Virus record (IMG/VR): IMGVR_UViG_3300027668_002455
Location: 64,001 to 128,000 of that record
Source: a virus
Reading direction: 5' to 3' (one strand)
Length of the DNA stretch: 64,000 nucleotides
Shown: one piece after another, positions 8,572-18,069 of the stretch
Layout: each line of letters begins with the position of its first letter
Position numbering within the stretch: position 1 is the stretch's first letter
Program-made: the position numbers and the translations under genes
Notes under the pieces: generated by a model
What the model saw: only the letters and a program-made list of their open reading frames with translations
Database searches by the model: none
Told to the model about the DNA's origin: nothing

Positions 8572-8600
8572 TTGACAAAGCTGATTCAAGGCCCTAAGAT
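8572..8600 (+). promoter_or_regulatory. Sigma70-type promoter
   Basis: TTGACA-N17-TAAGAT, 8 nt before ATG 8609. Confidence 0.75.
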
Positions 8601-8608
8601 ATCGTTCT

Positions 8609-8863
8609 ATGACAGAAGATAATAGTAATAACACGAAATCCGCAATGACGACTGTAAAAACAGTATATGCTCGCGCCGCCTTAATGGTGATGTGCCTGAA
8701 TCTACTGTTGACCGGATACGCCATTGCAGCACTAGCAAACATCCAGACTACTGATCAAGTTAGCTTCCCACAAGTGACGCAAACTGAACAGGCATCAGCA
8801 CAAGAGACTTCTGGAGATAAAACTCCCACATCGGTAGAGGGGGTGGTTTCCGACAAAGAATAA
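8609..8863 (+). CDS. Small single-pass membrane protein
   Basis: Hydrophobic segment AALMVMCLNLLLTGYAIAALA. Confidence 0.65.
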   Translation: MTEDNSNNTKSAMTTVKTVYARAALMVMCLNLLLTGYAIAALANIQTTDQVSFPQVTQTEQASAQETSGDKTPTSVEGVVSDKE

Positions 8864-8866
8864 AGC

Positions 8867-8895
8867 TTGACACCAACACTAACACACACTATATT
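8867..8895 (+). promoter_or_regulatory. Sigma70-type promoter
   Basis: TTGACA-N17-TATATT, 8 nt before ATG 8904. Confidence 0.78.
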
Positions 8896-8903
8896 AAAAT
8901 AAT

Positions 8904-9182
8904 ATGAGCGAAAACCAAAACACAAATACAAACGAGAACCAAAACGCTAACATCGGTGCCCTCTGGGCTCGAGAGAGCCGCAACACCAACCAAAAATACT
9001 TGGCTGGCCATGTAAAAATGGAGATTGATGGCGAAGAAAAAACTGTTAAATTGGTAGTTTTCAAAAATAACCGCAAGGAAAAAGAAAACCAACCAGATTA
9101 TCAGATCTATAAGGCTCGTCCAGCACAACCTCAGCCCGAGGCTGCTACGACCAATGAGAGTAACAGTGACGACTTACTTTAG
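8904..9182 (+). CDS. DUF736-like putative ssDNA-binding protein
   Basis: IGALW..ES....KYL.G, VFKN..K.KENQPDY motifs; acidic tail DDLL. Confidence 0.65.
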   Translation: MSENQNTNTNENQNANIGALWARESRNTNQKYLAGHVKMEIDGEEKTVKLVVFKNNRKEKENQPDYQIYKARPAQPQPEAATTNESNSDDLL

Positions 9183-9211
9183 TTTTTTAAGTCTATAACT
9201 CCAAACACATG

Positions 9212-9241
9212 ATCGGAAGAAAATTTCTTCCGATTTTTTTT
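9212..9241 (+). terminator. Rho-independent terminator
   Basis: ATCGGAAGAA/TTCTTCCGAT inverted repeat followed by a T-run. Confidence 0.8.
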
Positions 9242-9273
9242 GTGTTTTCAAAAAAAAACGCTATATTAACTAT

Positions 9274-10368
9274 ATGGATTTTGCAGTAAATGTACCCCTA
9301 GGTAGTGTGAGCTTTGGACAGGTTTCAACAGCCATTCTTCGAGAGATCAAAAAGAAGGGGCACAACCCCTGCATTTTCCCGATACAGGACAATGTAGACC
9401 TTACCACACAAAACCACGATAAGGAATTTTTAGAGTGGATACAGAGCGGGATCGCGAAGTCACAATCCTCACACAAACGAGACATACCGATGCTTAAGCT
9501 TTGGCATCTCATGGGATCACTTGAGTCATTTAGTAAAAATCAACTCCTTTTTACTTTCTATGAACTAGATCAGCCAACGAAAGAGGAAATTAACATTGTA
9601 AAAAACAATACTCAGGTTTTTTTATCAAGCAGTGAGTCCACAAAGGTTTTTGAAACTTTCGGAGCTACCAATGTCTCCACCATCCCCCTTGGATTCGACA
9701 AACATAATTTCGAAAGAAAAAATAAAAAATACTTTGAAGATGAACGCATCACCTTTAATATGGTGGGTAAATTTGAAAAAAGAAAACACCACGACAAAAT
9801 AGTAAAGGCATGGCTAAAAAGATTTGGAAATCAAAAAGAATATTTTCTGCAAGCAGCAATTTTTAATCCATTCTTGAGTGCCGAAGATAATCAAAAGATT
9901 GTAGGCTCCCTTCTTCAAAATGCAAAATATTTTAATGTTAATTTTTTTGGATTCATGGCTAAAAATAGCCTTTACAATGACTTCCTAAACTCTGGAGACG
10001 TTGTATTAGGAATGTCTGGGGCTGAGGGGTGGGGCCTTCCCGAGTTTCAATCCGTCGCTATGGGTAAGCACTCAGTAATTCTTAATGCCTCTGGCTACAA
10101 AGAGTGGGCAAATGAAAAAAACTCAATCCTTATTAATCCCTGTGGAAAAATCCCCGCTTACGATGGAGTTTTCTTTAAGGAGGGACAGCCAATTAATCAA
10201 GGAAACATTTATGACTTTGATGAAGACTCTTTTATTGATGGGTGTGAGAGGGTAATCGAAAAGGTTAAAGAGAATCGAACAAATGAAGAGGGATTAAAAT
10301 TACAAGAAGAATTTACTTACGAAAAAACCACGGACTCCATCTTAGAACATATAGAGAAAGTACAATAG
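9274..10368 (+). CDS. GT-B glycosyltransferase (GT4-like)
   Basis: GKFEKRK and SGAEGWGLP..E motifs. Confidence 0.8.
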   Translation: MDFAVNVPLGSVSFGQVSTAILREIKKKGHNPCIFPIQDNVDLTTQNHDKEFLEWIQSGIAKSQSSHKRDIPMLKLWHLMGSLESFSKNQLLFTFYELDQPTKEEINIVKNNTQVFLSSSESTKVFETFGATNVSTIPLGFDKHNFERKNKKYFEDERITFNMVGKFEKRKHHDKIVKAWLKRFGNQKEYFLQAAIFNPFLSAEDNQKIVGSLLQNAKYFNVNFFGFMAKNSLYNDFLNSGDVVLGMSGAEGWGLPEFQSVAMGKHSVILNASGYKEWANEKNSILINPCGKIPAYDGVFFKEGQPINQGNIYDFDEDSFIDGCERVIEKVKENRTNEEGLKLQEEFTYEKTTDSILEHIEKVQ

Positions 10369-10369
10369 A

Positions 10370-10732
10370 ATGCCGCTATACACCTTTGAACACCCTACGA
10401 CACTCGAACAGATCGATATCCTTCAAAGAATGAAGGAGGAGCACACCCATATTGATGAAGGGGGTGTGGAGTGGAACCGTGTGTTCACGAGTCCCAACGC
10501 CGCCATCGATACACGACCAGATATATTTTCTACCGACTCTCTAGCTGGTGCTACTAACAACAAGAAGGATAGCTACGAGGATCTCGTAAAGAGATCACAG
10601 GAGGCTAGTGAAAAAAGAGCCGAAAAGACGGGAGGGCGCGATCCCGTAAAGCAGGTGTGGTATGACAACTACGCGAAGAAGAGGCAGGGTAAACGCCATC
10701 AAAGTGACCCTAAGTTTGACTCTGCCTCCTAA
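10370..10732 (+). CDS. FmdB-like small phage protein lacking the Zn cysteines
   Basis: MPLYTF N-terminus, W.RVF..P. Confidence 0.5.
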   Translation: MPLYTFEHPTTLEQIDILQRMKEEHTHIDEGGVEWNRVFTSPNAAIDTRPDIFSTDSLAGATNNKKDSYEDLVKRSQEASEKRAEKTGGRDPVKQVWYDNYAKKRQGKRHQSDPKFDSAS

Positions 10733-10843
10733 CGGGTGATACACTTTTAAAAGGTGCAATTGACAAAAAGTACACTCTGGTGTTTTTTTTCTTTCTTTTT
10801 CTTAAAACTCATGTAATACTGAGTATAGCTAAAGGCTTTCAAG

Positions 10844-13306
10844 ATGTCAGATAAACAAATTCACGTAAAAAAACGAAACGGTAGACTCCAAAAACTAGAC
10901 ATTAACAAAATAAATCTTTGCGCCGAAAGGGCGTGTGAAGATATTGATAATGTGTCAGCTAGTGAAGTCGTGCTAGACGCCCACGTTCAATTCTACGACA
11001 AAATCACTACCACAGAAATAGATAAGGCACTTATTCTAAGTGCTCGGCAAAAAATTGAAAAAGAGCCCAACTACTCCTACGTCGCCTCCAAGCTCCTGCT
11101 TTTCAATATTCACAAAGAAGTTTTTGGGGAAAGCCGAGACAGCGACGCCTTTGAGCATCAATATAAATTAGCATTTATTAGAAATACTAAAAAACTTGTT
11201 GAAGAAGAAATCTTAGATGAGAGACTATTAGATTTTGATCTTACCAAATTGTCAAGTGCCCTAGTGTTAACTCGAGATTTAAAGTTTAAATACTTAGGCT
11301 TGCAAATTTTACATGATCGGTATCTTCATCATGTTAATGACCGCCGCATGGAAACGCCTCAGGCGTTTTGGATGCGCGTAGCAATGGGGTTAGCTCTAAA
11401 TGAAAAAAATAAAGAATCAAAAGCAATTGAATTTTACGGGGTATTGTCTCAGTTTCATTTATGTTGTTCAACTCCTACTCTGTTTAATAGTGGCAGTACC
11501 CATAGTCAGCTTTCTAGTTGCTACCTTAATACTTTCGACGATTCTATTGATGGCATATTTGAAGGTCTGTGGCAGGAAGCTAGAAAAAGCAAGTACGCTG
11601 GAGGTCTTGGCTTCGATGTTACTAACTTCCGTGCTTCTAATTCTTATGTTAAAGGCACTAATGGTAAGTCTTCTGGCTTAATTCCGTGGCTTAAAATTTA
11701 CAATGATACATTAATCGCGGTAGACCAAGGAGGTAAAAGGCCGGGGGCTGGATGTGCGTATCTTGAGCCGTGGCATTTAGATATTGAAGACTTTCTTGAG
11801 TTAAAGAAAAACACTGGAGATGAGCGACGTAGGTGTCATGACATGAATACAGCGAACTGGATTCCAAACCTGTTCCTAGACCGAGTGGAAGAAGATGGGA
11901 GTTGGTATCTATTTTCCCCCTCAGATGTAGATTTGCATAATTTGTGTGGAACAGATTTTAATAAAAAATACAAAAAGTATTGTCTCATGGCCGATCAAGG
12001 CGAGCTACCCAATCACAGAGTCATAAAGGCAAAAGACTTATGGAAAAAAATGCTGCGGACCCTGTTTGAGACAGGCCACCCTTGGATGACATTCAAGGAC
12101 AACGCCAACTTCCGTTACTCAAATAAACACTTGGGAGTCATTAATAGCTCGAATTTATGTACTGAAATTTTCTTGCACACTAAACCATCAAGGTTTAAAG
12201 AAGGTGAAAAAACTGAGATCGGAGAAACTGCCGTATGTAACTTAAGCTCAGTTAACCTCAAGGAGCATCTTAAGAAAGATGGTAAATTAGATTTTAAACT
12301 TCTAGCCAAAACTATTGCCACCCAGATGCGAATGCTAGACAATGTAATTGATTTAAATTTTTACCCCACAAAAGAGGCCGAGAAGGCTAACATGAGCCAT
12401 CGACCAGTTGGCGCTGGAAGTATGGGGTGGGCTGATATATTTCATTCTTATGAGGTTAATTTTTCTAGTGATGAAGCCGTTAAATTTTCTGATGAACTTT
12501 ATGAGTTTATCTCTTATCACTGTATTTTAAATTCCAGTAAGATCGCTAAAGAAAAAGAGCCCTACTCCACTTACGAGGGGTCGCTTTGGGATCAAAATAT
12601 CTTACCCATTGACACCTATAAAGAGCTTATGGCTTTTCTTGATGAGAAACCTATCATCCATAGGGGTAAAAAGTTCTGCCCCGAAGTAGAGTGGAAGTAC
12701 CTTCGTCAGCATGTTGCAGAAAATGGTATGCGTAATAGTAATACCATGGCTATTGCTCCCACAGCCACCATATCTTACATACAGGGGTGTTCACCGTGCA
12801 TAGAGCCTGACTTTTCTGTTCTTTTTGTTTACGAAAATAAAAGCGGAAATCTAACCATTATAAATGAGTGGTTTATAAGCGAATGCCGCAAAAGGGGGAT
12901 CTGGAACCAAGCCATGATTGATGCCATAAAGGCCGTAGATGGCGATCTCAGCCGTTTAAATGGAGATATCCCACTAGACCTTAAGGATCGATTCCGTACG
13001 GCTTTTGATCACGATCAATTTAAGCTTATTGATGGGGCTGCTGCCAAGCAGAAATGGATTGATATGGGGCAGTCTTTAAATTTATTTAATAAAACTACCT
13101 CTTTAAAATATTTGCATGATTTGTATTTTTATGCTAAAAATAAAGGACTTAAGAGTACATATTATCTAAGGAACCGAAGCGCCAGTGAAATCGAGAAGTC
13201 GACTGGACCCAGTAGTGACGTTGGTAATGATAAGGCAAGTGATGGTGGTGGGACTCCTCTTGAAGCTTGTTCGGTCTTAGATCCAACGTGTGAAAGTTGT
13301 CAATAA
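10844..13306 (+). CDS. nrdA: Class I ribonucleotide reductase alpha subunit with ATP cone
   Basis: VKKRNG ATP cone, TPTLFNSG, QLSSCYL, SNLCTEI, VCNL, STYYLR, C-terminal CSVLDPTCESCQ. Confidence 0.97.
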   Translation: MSDKQIHVKKRNGRLQKLDINKINLCAERACEDIDNVSASEVVLDAHVQFYDKITTTEIDKALILSARQKIEKEPNYSYVASKLLLFNIHKEVFGESRDSDAFEHQYKLAFIRNTKKLVEEEILDERLLDFDLTKLSSALVLTRDLKFKYLGLQILHDRYLHHVNDRRMETPQAFWMRVAMGLALNEKNKESKAIEFYGVLSQFHLCCSTPTLFNSGSTHSQLSSCYLNTFDDSIDGIFEGLWQEARKSKYAGGLGFDVTNFRASNSYVKGTNGKSSGLIPWLKIYNDTLIAVDQGGKRPGAGCAYLEPWHLDIEDFLELKKNTGDERRRCHDMNTANWIPNLFLDRVEEDGSWYLFSPSDVDLHNLCGTDFNKKYKKYCLMADQGELPNHRVIKAKDLWKKMLRTLFETGHPWMTFKDNANFRYSNKHLGVINSSNLCTEIFLHTKPSRFKEGEKTEIGETAVCNLSSVNLKEHLKKDGKLDFKLLAKTIATQMRMLDNVIDLNFYPTKEAEKANMSHRPVGAGSMGWADIFHSYEVNFSSDEAVKFSDELYEFISYHCILNSSKIAKEKEPYSTYEGSLWDQNILPIDTYKELMAFLDEKPIIHRGKKFCPEVEWKYLRQHVAENGMRNSNTMAIAPTATISYIQGCSPCIEPDFSVLFVYENKSGNLTIINEWFISECRKRGIWNQAMIDAIKAVDGDLSRLNGDIPLDLKDRFRTAFDHDQFKLIDGAAAKQKWIDMGQSLNLFNKTTSLKYLHDLYFYAKNKGLKSTYYLRNRSASEIEKSTGPSSDVGNDKASDGGGTPLEACSVLDPTCESCQ

Positions 13307-13307
13307 A

Positions 13308-14318
13308 ATGAGCAAGAGTGGACTATTATTAGATGAAGGGGATTCTGGGGTAAATCAAATTTTACCCCACAAGCATCAATTTGCTTGGGACTTATTTCTA
13401 AAGGGGGTGGCTAACAACTGGTCTCCCTCGGAGATAAACATGAGCGATGATATTGACCAGTGGAAAAATGGATCTCTAAGCAAAGATGAAAAATTACTTG
13501 TTAAAAGATGTCTTGGTTTTTTTGCTGGAAGCGAATCCCTAGTTGGCAACAACTTACTTCTCAACGTTGCGAGGTGGATAACTGATGCCGAATGCGGTCA
13601 GTACATCATGCGACAAGCTTATGAAGAATCTCTTCACAACTGGACAGTCGTTACCTGTTGTGATTCTTACTCCCTCAGAGTTAACGAGGTATATGAAGCT
13701 TATTTAAATATCCCCTCAATTAAGGCTAAGGATGATTTCTTGATGGAAATCACTACAGATATAAACCGACCCGATTTTTCGACTAAGACTGTAGAGGGAA
13801 AAAGAGAATTTTTAAGAAATTTAATTACATATTATATTGTCTGCGAGGGTACATTTTTCTTTAGTGGTTTTGCTATGCTGTTAGCTCTTGGTAGACAGAA
13901 CAAACTTCCGGGACTCTCCGACCAAATACGGTATACTTTACGAGACGAAAGCCTACACATACAATTTGGAACCTATTTAATTAATACAATTAAAAAACAA
14001 TACCCATCGGTGTGGACGAAAAAATTCGAAGAAGAAACTGTGAGCCATGTAAAAAAAGCTGTAGAGCTTGAGGTAAAATATGCCCACGATGTTCTTCCTC
14101 GGGGAATCCTAGGGCTAAATGCTGATATGTTTGTCGAGTACATGCAGTACATCGGCAATCGACGTCTCGAAGGGATTGGTATTGGCTTCCAATTCGACAG
14201 TGACCACAACCCCTTTCCGTGGCTCTCGGAAGTCGTAGATGCAGCGGCAATGACCAACTTTTTTGAAAGAAAAGTGAAAGATTATCAGAGCTCAGGTGTC
14301 TTAGAAGATGACTTTTAA
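13308..14318 (+). CDS. nrdB: Ribonucleotide reductase beta subunit, class Ic (R2c)-type
   Basis: FFAGSESLVGNN, EESLH, CEGTFFFSGF, RDESLH, NFFE..V.DY; Glu as first metal ligand and Val at the radical-Tyr position. Confidence 0.93.
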   Translation: MSKSGLLLDEGDSGVNQILPHKHQFAWDLFLKGVANNWSPSEINMSDDIDQWKNGSLSKDEKLLVKRCLGFFAGSESLVGNNLLLNVARWITDAECGQYIMRQAYEESLHNWTVVTCCDSYSLRVNEVYEAYLNIPSIKAKDDFLMEITTDINRPDFSTKTVEGKREFLRNLITYYIVCEGTFFFSGFAMLLALGRQNKLPGLSDQIRYTLRDESLHIQFGTYLINTIKKQYPSVWTKKFEEETVSHVKKAVELEVKYAHDVLPRGILGLNADMFVEYMQYIGNRRLEGIGIGFQFDSDHNPFPWLSEVVDAAAMTNFFERKVKDYQSSGVLEDDF

Positions 14319-14334
14319 GTGTAACAAACTTTAT

Positions 14335-14753
14335 GGGAGCGTACTGGATTCGATTTAGATTCTTACGCCAGATTGCAAGCAGAGGATGATGGTTGGCCTC
14401 TTAAAAAAACTATCAAAAACCTATATGCCAACAATGACGTTGACATGGCTCCTTCGCTAGCTGAAGCAGACGAGATTCTCGCTCGTTTTGGCTGGGCTGA
14501 AGAGGCCGCGCTGGTAGCTTAGTTCTACCCCGTCCTGCCTCGGATGCTCGCTAAGAGGGTCAGGGCGTCGATAGCGAGCAAAAACTGGAGCACAACAGTA
14601 AAGGAGCCCAGTATAAAATTGATACATCCTTTGCGAACTCGTACAGGCGGTTTGTCGGTGACATGCCAAGCGAGTATTAACACCGACTAAGCTTGTAGTA
14701 TATTTGAGCCGACGGCTCTAAAGACGCGGGTTCGATCCCCGCCGCTTCCACCA
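14335..14753 (+). ncRNA. ssrA: tmRNA
   Basis: 5' GGGAGCG-TACTGGATTCGA, 3' GACGCGGGTTCGATCCCCGC-CGCTTCC-ACCA; G3-U70 alanine identity pair; internal tag ORF 14427-14522 ending ALVA-stop; GTGTAA 10 nt upstream. Confidence 0.95.
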
Positions 14754-14760
14754 AATCTAA

Positions 14761-14928
14761 ATGGATACCTTACTCATACAACTAGTAAAAAGGTATAGGC
14801 AGGAAATAAAAGATTCCAAAAACGAAGCCGAAAGAAAAATTTTGCGTAAAGTGGTCAGGGATTTAGAAAAAATGATTTATTGTTACCAACCGTCTGCAAC
14901 CTATACGCTAACTAAATGGAGCGATTAA
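14761..14928 (+). CDS. Hypothetical protein (55 aa, not in ORF track)
   Basis: MDTLLIQLVKRYRQEIK...; fills the gap between tmRNA and the convergent gene. Confidence 0.45.
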   Translation: MDTLLIQLVKRYRQEIKDSKNEAERKILRKVVRDLEKMIYCYQPSATYTLTKWSD

Positions 14929-14930
14929 AT

Positions 14931-15401
14931 CTACTTTACTTTACCTATGATATCATCCTCATAGATTATCCCCCACCATGATACGTCCCGATTATCTCCT
15001 ACCACCCAATACTCTTGTGGCCCCAAGGTAAACGGACCTTCATTCACGTTAAAGCCAAGGTCTTCCCAGTTAAATTCATCTATAAATTCTCGGCCATTTA
15101 CATAAATGATACCTCTCTTTATCTCTATGACTTCATAGGGAAGGGCAACGACACGTTTAACTAAAAACTCCCCGAACCCCCAGTGCCAAAAAGCTATCAC
15201 ATCTCCCCGATCAGGGCTCTGTAGATCATAGGATAGCTTATTGACTAGAATGACGTCCTTATCATCAATAGACGGATCCATAGATGCCCCATCCACGAGA
15301 AAGATCCGATACCCGAACCTAAAAACCCCTGCCAAAATAGTAACTAATATCAAAAGCCTAATTCCCCACCAAAAATCTTCTTTTTTAAATTTAAAATTCA
15401 T
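14931..15401 (-). CDS. lepB: Signal peptidase I (S26)
   Basis: N-terminal TM, GASMDP (Ser), RGDVI, LVKRVVALP (Lys), GDNR..S. Confidence 0.9.
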   Translation of the reverse strand: MNFKFKKEDFWWGIRLLILVTILAGVFRFGYRIFLVDGASMDPSIDDKDVILVNKLSYDLQSPDRGDVIAFWHWGFGEFLVKRVVALPYEVIEIKRGIIYVNGREFIDEFNWEDLGFNVNEGPFTLGPQEYWVVGDNRDVSWWGIIYEDDIIGKVK

Positions 15402-15495
15402 TTTAACCCTCTAGTTAGACCCCTTATCATAGTAATAAATACATAAAAAAAAATTAATTAACTAATAATTTTTTGGTGTAATTAGAGGTAAGCTT

Positions 15496-15786
15496 ATGAT
15501 GGATGCACAAATTATTCTAAACATTGCCTTTGGCACAATTTTGTTTTTAGGAGGGTGGCTACTGAAGCTTATCTTGGGTCACATTAATGAAATCAAATCA
15601 AATCACGAAAAATTACTTATAAAACATATTGAGGACATGGAATCCCTTCTAGAGAAACACACCAACCTAGCTCTCTCCATGCCAGAGAAATATGTCTCCA
15701 AAGACGACTTCCAAACCTTTGTGGAACGCATAGACCATCGATTTAATAGGATTGAAGAAAAACTCGACGATCTTCTTAAAAAATAG
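15496..15786 (+). CDS. Membrane-anchored coiled-coil protein (holin/XhlA-like candidate)
   Basis: N-terminal TM, YVSKDDF motif, RIEEKLD coiled coil; GTGTAA upstream at 15476. Confidence 0.5.
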   Translation: MMDAQIILNIAFGTILFLGGWLLKLILGHINEIKSNHEKLLIKHIEDMESLLEKHTNLALSMPEKYVSKDDFQTFVERIDHRFNRIEEKLDDLLKK

Positions 15787-15820
15787 TTTCATTCTTCCAG
15801 CATAAGGGCTATAATGAGAT

Positions 15821-16639
15821 ATGCTGTCTATTTATAGCACTGCTTTTAATGTAATTAAAAATAACTTTGACTACAAAGACGCAGTTAAAAACTTCTGCCT
15901 TTTCGCGCAAGAGGTAGTTATCTCAATAAATAAGAGTGACGACGATACATGGGAAGCCTTCGAGGAACTCAAAAAGACCTACGGAAACCTAACCACTATA
16001 CCCGCCAGTGTAAGCTATGAGGACCCCTGCATTGATGGAAAATTATTTAATTTAGCCCTTCAAAATACTACCCAAGAATTTAAGATTCTTCTTGGGTTAG
16101 ACCAACGAATCCCACTCAGGCAGCGGGAGAATTGGGAGCAACTGGCTTACTCTCTGAGGTTCGCCTCTCATGACGCATATCTTATCCCCGTTTTAGACCT
16201 CTGGGGAAGCGAGAATAAAATTCGATGGGATCCAGAAACCAATGTAAGTTTTCAGTGGTTCCTTCATAAGGACGGATTAGAAAGGGGCGTCGTGGATTTC
16301 GCCCAACTACCTAACGGCAAATTTGATCCATCAAAAAGTGACTCAAGTGAATTAATTTACCCCGACGGAAAGCTCGTAAAACACGAACACTATCTACAGG
16401 GAGGGAGTCCAACAAATTTAGAAGATTACTTGCTTGCATTAGAAGAGCAGTCAGTGTATGTTTTTCATTTGGGCTATATGAACTTTGAAAACAGAATTAA
16501 AGTTAATGAAGATATCTGGCGCGAGCAGTGGGAAGAAATCAGACCCCCAGAAAAAAGAGAAAATGCTGTTGCATTGAGTGTGGAAGAGTTAAAAAAACAT
16601 CCAACATTTAAACATAATCTAAAACTTTGGCATGAATAA
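15821..16639 (+). CDS. Divergent GT-A glycosyltransferase (GT2-like)
   Basis: LSIYST.FN start, EVVI.IN.SDDDT, VFHLGY. Confidence 0.55.
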   Translation: MLSIYSTAFNVIKNNFDYKDAVKNFCLFAQEVVISINKSDDDTWEAFEELKKTYGNLTTIPASVSYEDPCIDGKLFNLALQNTTQEFKILLGLDQRIPLRQRENWEQLAYSLRFASHDAYLIPVLDLWGSENKIRWDPETNVSFQWFLHKDGLERGVVDFAQLPNGKFDPSKSDSSELIYPDGKLVKHEHYLQGGSPTNLEDYLLALEEQSVYVFHLGYMNFENRIKVNEDIWREQWEEIRPPEKRENAVALSVEELKKHPTFKHNLKLWHE

Positions 16640-17618
16640 AAAATTAGGACTAGTCGGTTGCGGTTATTGGGGACCCAATATCGTAAGGAATATACAAAAA
16701 TTAAAAGGCGCAAGTCTTGAATTTCTTGTAGACACAAACCCTGAAGCATTAAATAAGCTATCGGTAGCAACCTCGCTGTATTCTGATTTAGAATCAGCAC
16801 TAGAACGGCACAAAGAGGTTGAAGGGGTGATCATTGCTACCCCCATTTCTACTCACTTTGAACTTGCAAAGAAAGTGCTAGAGTCTGGAAGGAGTGTTTT
16901 GATACAAAAGCCAATGACCATGAACGCACAGGAGTGTGACGTTTTAATGGACATTGCAAAATCTAAAAGCCTAGTGATAATGGTTGCACACACCTTTTTA
17001 TTCACTGGGGCGGTAAGGAAACTCAAGGAGCTTGTGGATTCTAATCACCTTGGTGACTTAAAGCACCTAGACTCTTGTCGGATTAACCTTGGCCTTTTTC
17101 AACGGGACTCTAATGTCGTATGGGACTTGGCCCCTCATGACTTTTCTATCTTGAGCTACTTAATTGGAGATAGAAAACCACTATTCTTATCAGCAGTGGG
17201 CTCAAGCCATACCCCCAAAGGCAACGCAGATGTTGCTAATATTTCTGTTCAATATGACGATGGATTTTCAGCCCACATCCACGTGAGTTGGTTTTCCCCA
17301 ATCAAGGTGCGTAATTTAATTCTTAACGGGAGTGAGAGGATGGTTGTTTACAACGACAACAAGCCCTCAGAAAAAATTATGATCTATGATAAAAGCGTAA
17401 GCTATGACGACAGCGTTTTTGACTATAGGTCAGGAGATATGTTTTGCCCCAAGCTAGAACACACAGAGGCAATTGAAGAAGAAATCAAGCACTTTTGTGA
17501 ATGCATGGACGGAGCAGAATGTATTTCTGGCCCCGAACTAGGTAAAAAGGTTGTTAAATTAATCGAAGCTACCAATAAATCCATGGGGTTAAAAGGGGAA
17601 CCATTCGATGTACAGTAA
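16632..17618 (+). CDS. Gfo/Idh/MocA oxidoreductase (WbpB/WlbA-like sugar 3-dehydrogenase)
   Basis: GCGYWG, IATP..TH, QKPM, WDLAPHD. Confidence 0.88.
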   Translation: MNKKLGLVGCGYWGPNIVRNIQKLKGASLEFLVDTNPEALNKLSVATSLYSDLESALERHKEVEGVIIATPISTHFELAKKVLESGRSVLIQKPMTMNAQECDVLMDIAKSKSLVIMVAHTFLFTGAVRKLKELVDSNHLGDLKHLDSCRINLGLFQRDSNVVWDLAPHDFSILSYLIGDRKPLFLSAVGSSHTPKGNADVANISVQYDDGFSAHIHVSWFSPIKVRNLILNGSERMVVYNDNKPSEKIMIYDKSVSYDDSVFDYRSGDMFCPKLEHTEAIEEEIKHFCECMDGAECISGPELGKKVVKLIEATNKSMGLKGEPFDVQ

Positions 17619-18069
17619 TGTTAAAGACTCGAAGGTGGGCACGGGCGTAAATATTTATAGCTTTTGTAACATCTATGGATGTACCATTGGAGACGAAACA
17701 CAAATAGGTTCTCACGTAGAAATCCAACGCGGAGCTATCATAGGTAAAAGCTGCAAGATTTCTAGTCACTCCTTTATTTGTGACGGGGTTACCATTGAGG
17801 ACGGCGTTTTTATAGGTCACGGAGTAGTATTTATTAATGATCGCAAACCTAAATCCTGCAATGAGAACGGAACTAAGCAGAAAGAAGGCGACTGGACTTT
17901 AGAAAAAACCGTAGTTAAAAAGGGGGCATCGATTGGTTCTAATGCTACAATTTTATGTGGCATCACGATAGGGGTTGACGCGACAGTCGGAGCAGGGTCC
18001 GTAGTCACTAAAGATGTGCCCCCAGAGTCTATTGTTTGTGGAAACCCAGCCCGAATAAAAGGAAATTAA
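17608..18069 (+). CDS. Hexapeptide-repeat N-acetyltransferase (WbpD/WlbB-like)
   Basis: Left-handed beta-helix repeats, VFIGHGVVFIND, GAGSVVTKDVP, GNPAR. Confidence 0.9.
   Translation: MYSNVKDSKVGTGVNIYSFCNIYGCTIGDETQIGSHVEIQRGAIIGKSCKISSHSFICDGVTIEDGVFIGHGVVFINDRKPKSCNENGTKQKEGDWTLEKTVVKKGASIGSNATILCGITIGVDATVGAGSVVTKDVPPESIVCGNPARIKGN

Noticed and set aside
10733-10843. NrdR boxes or a promoter upstream of nrdA (TTGACA at 10760; ACTCA-N8-TGAGT inverted repeat)
   Set aside because: No match to the NrdR consensus and no -10 at the correct spacing from TTGACA; the short inverted repeat may be chance
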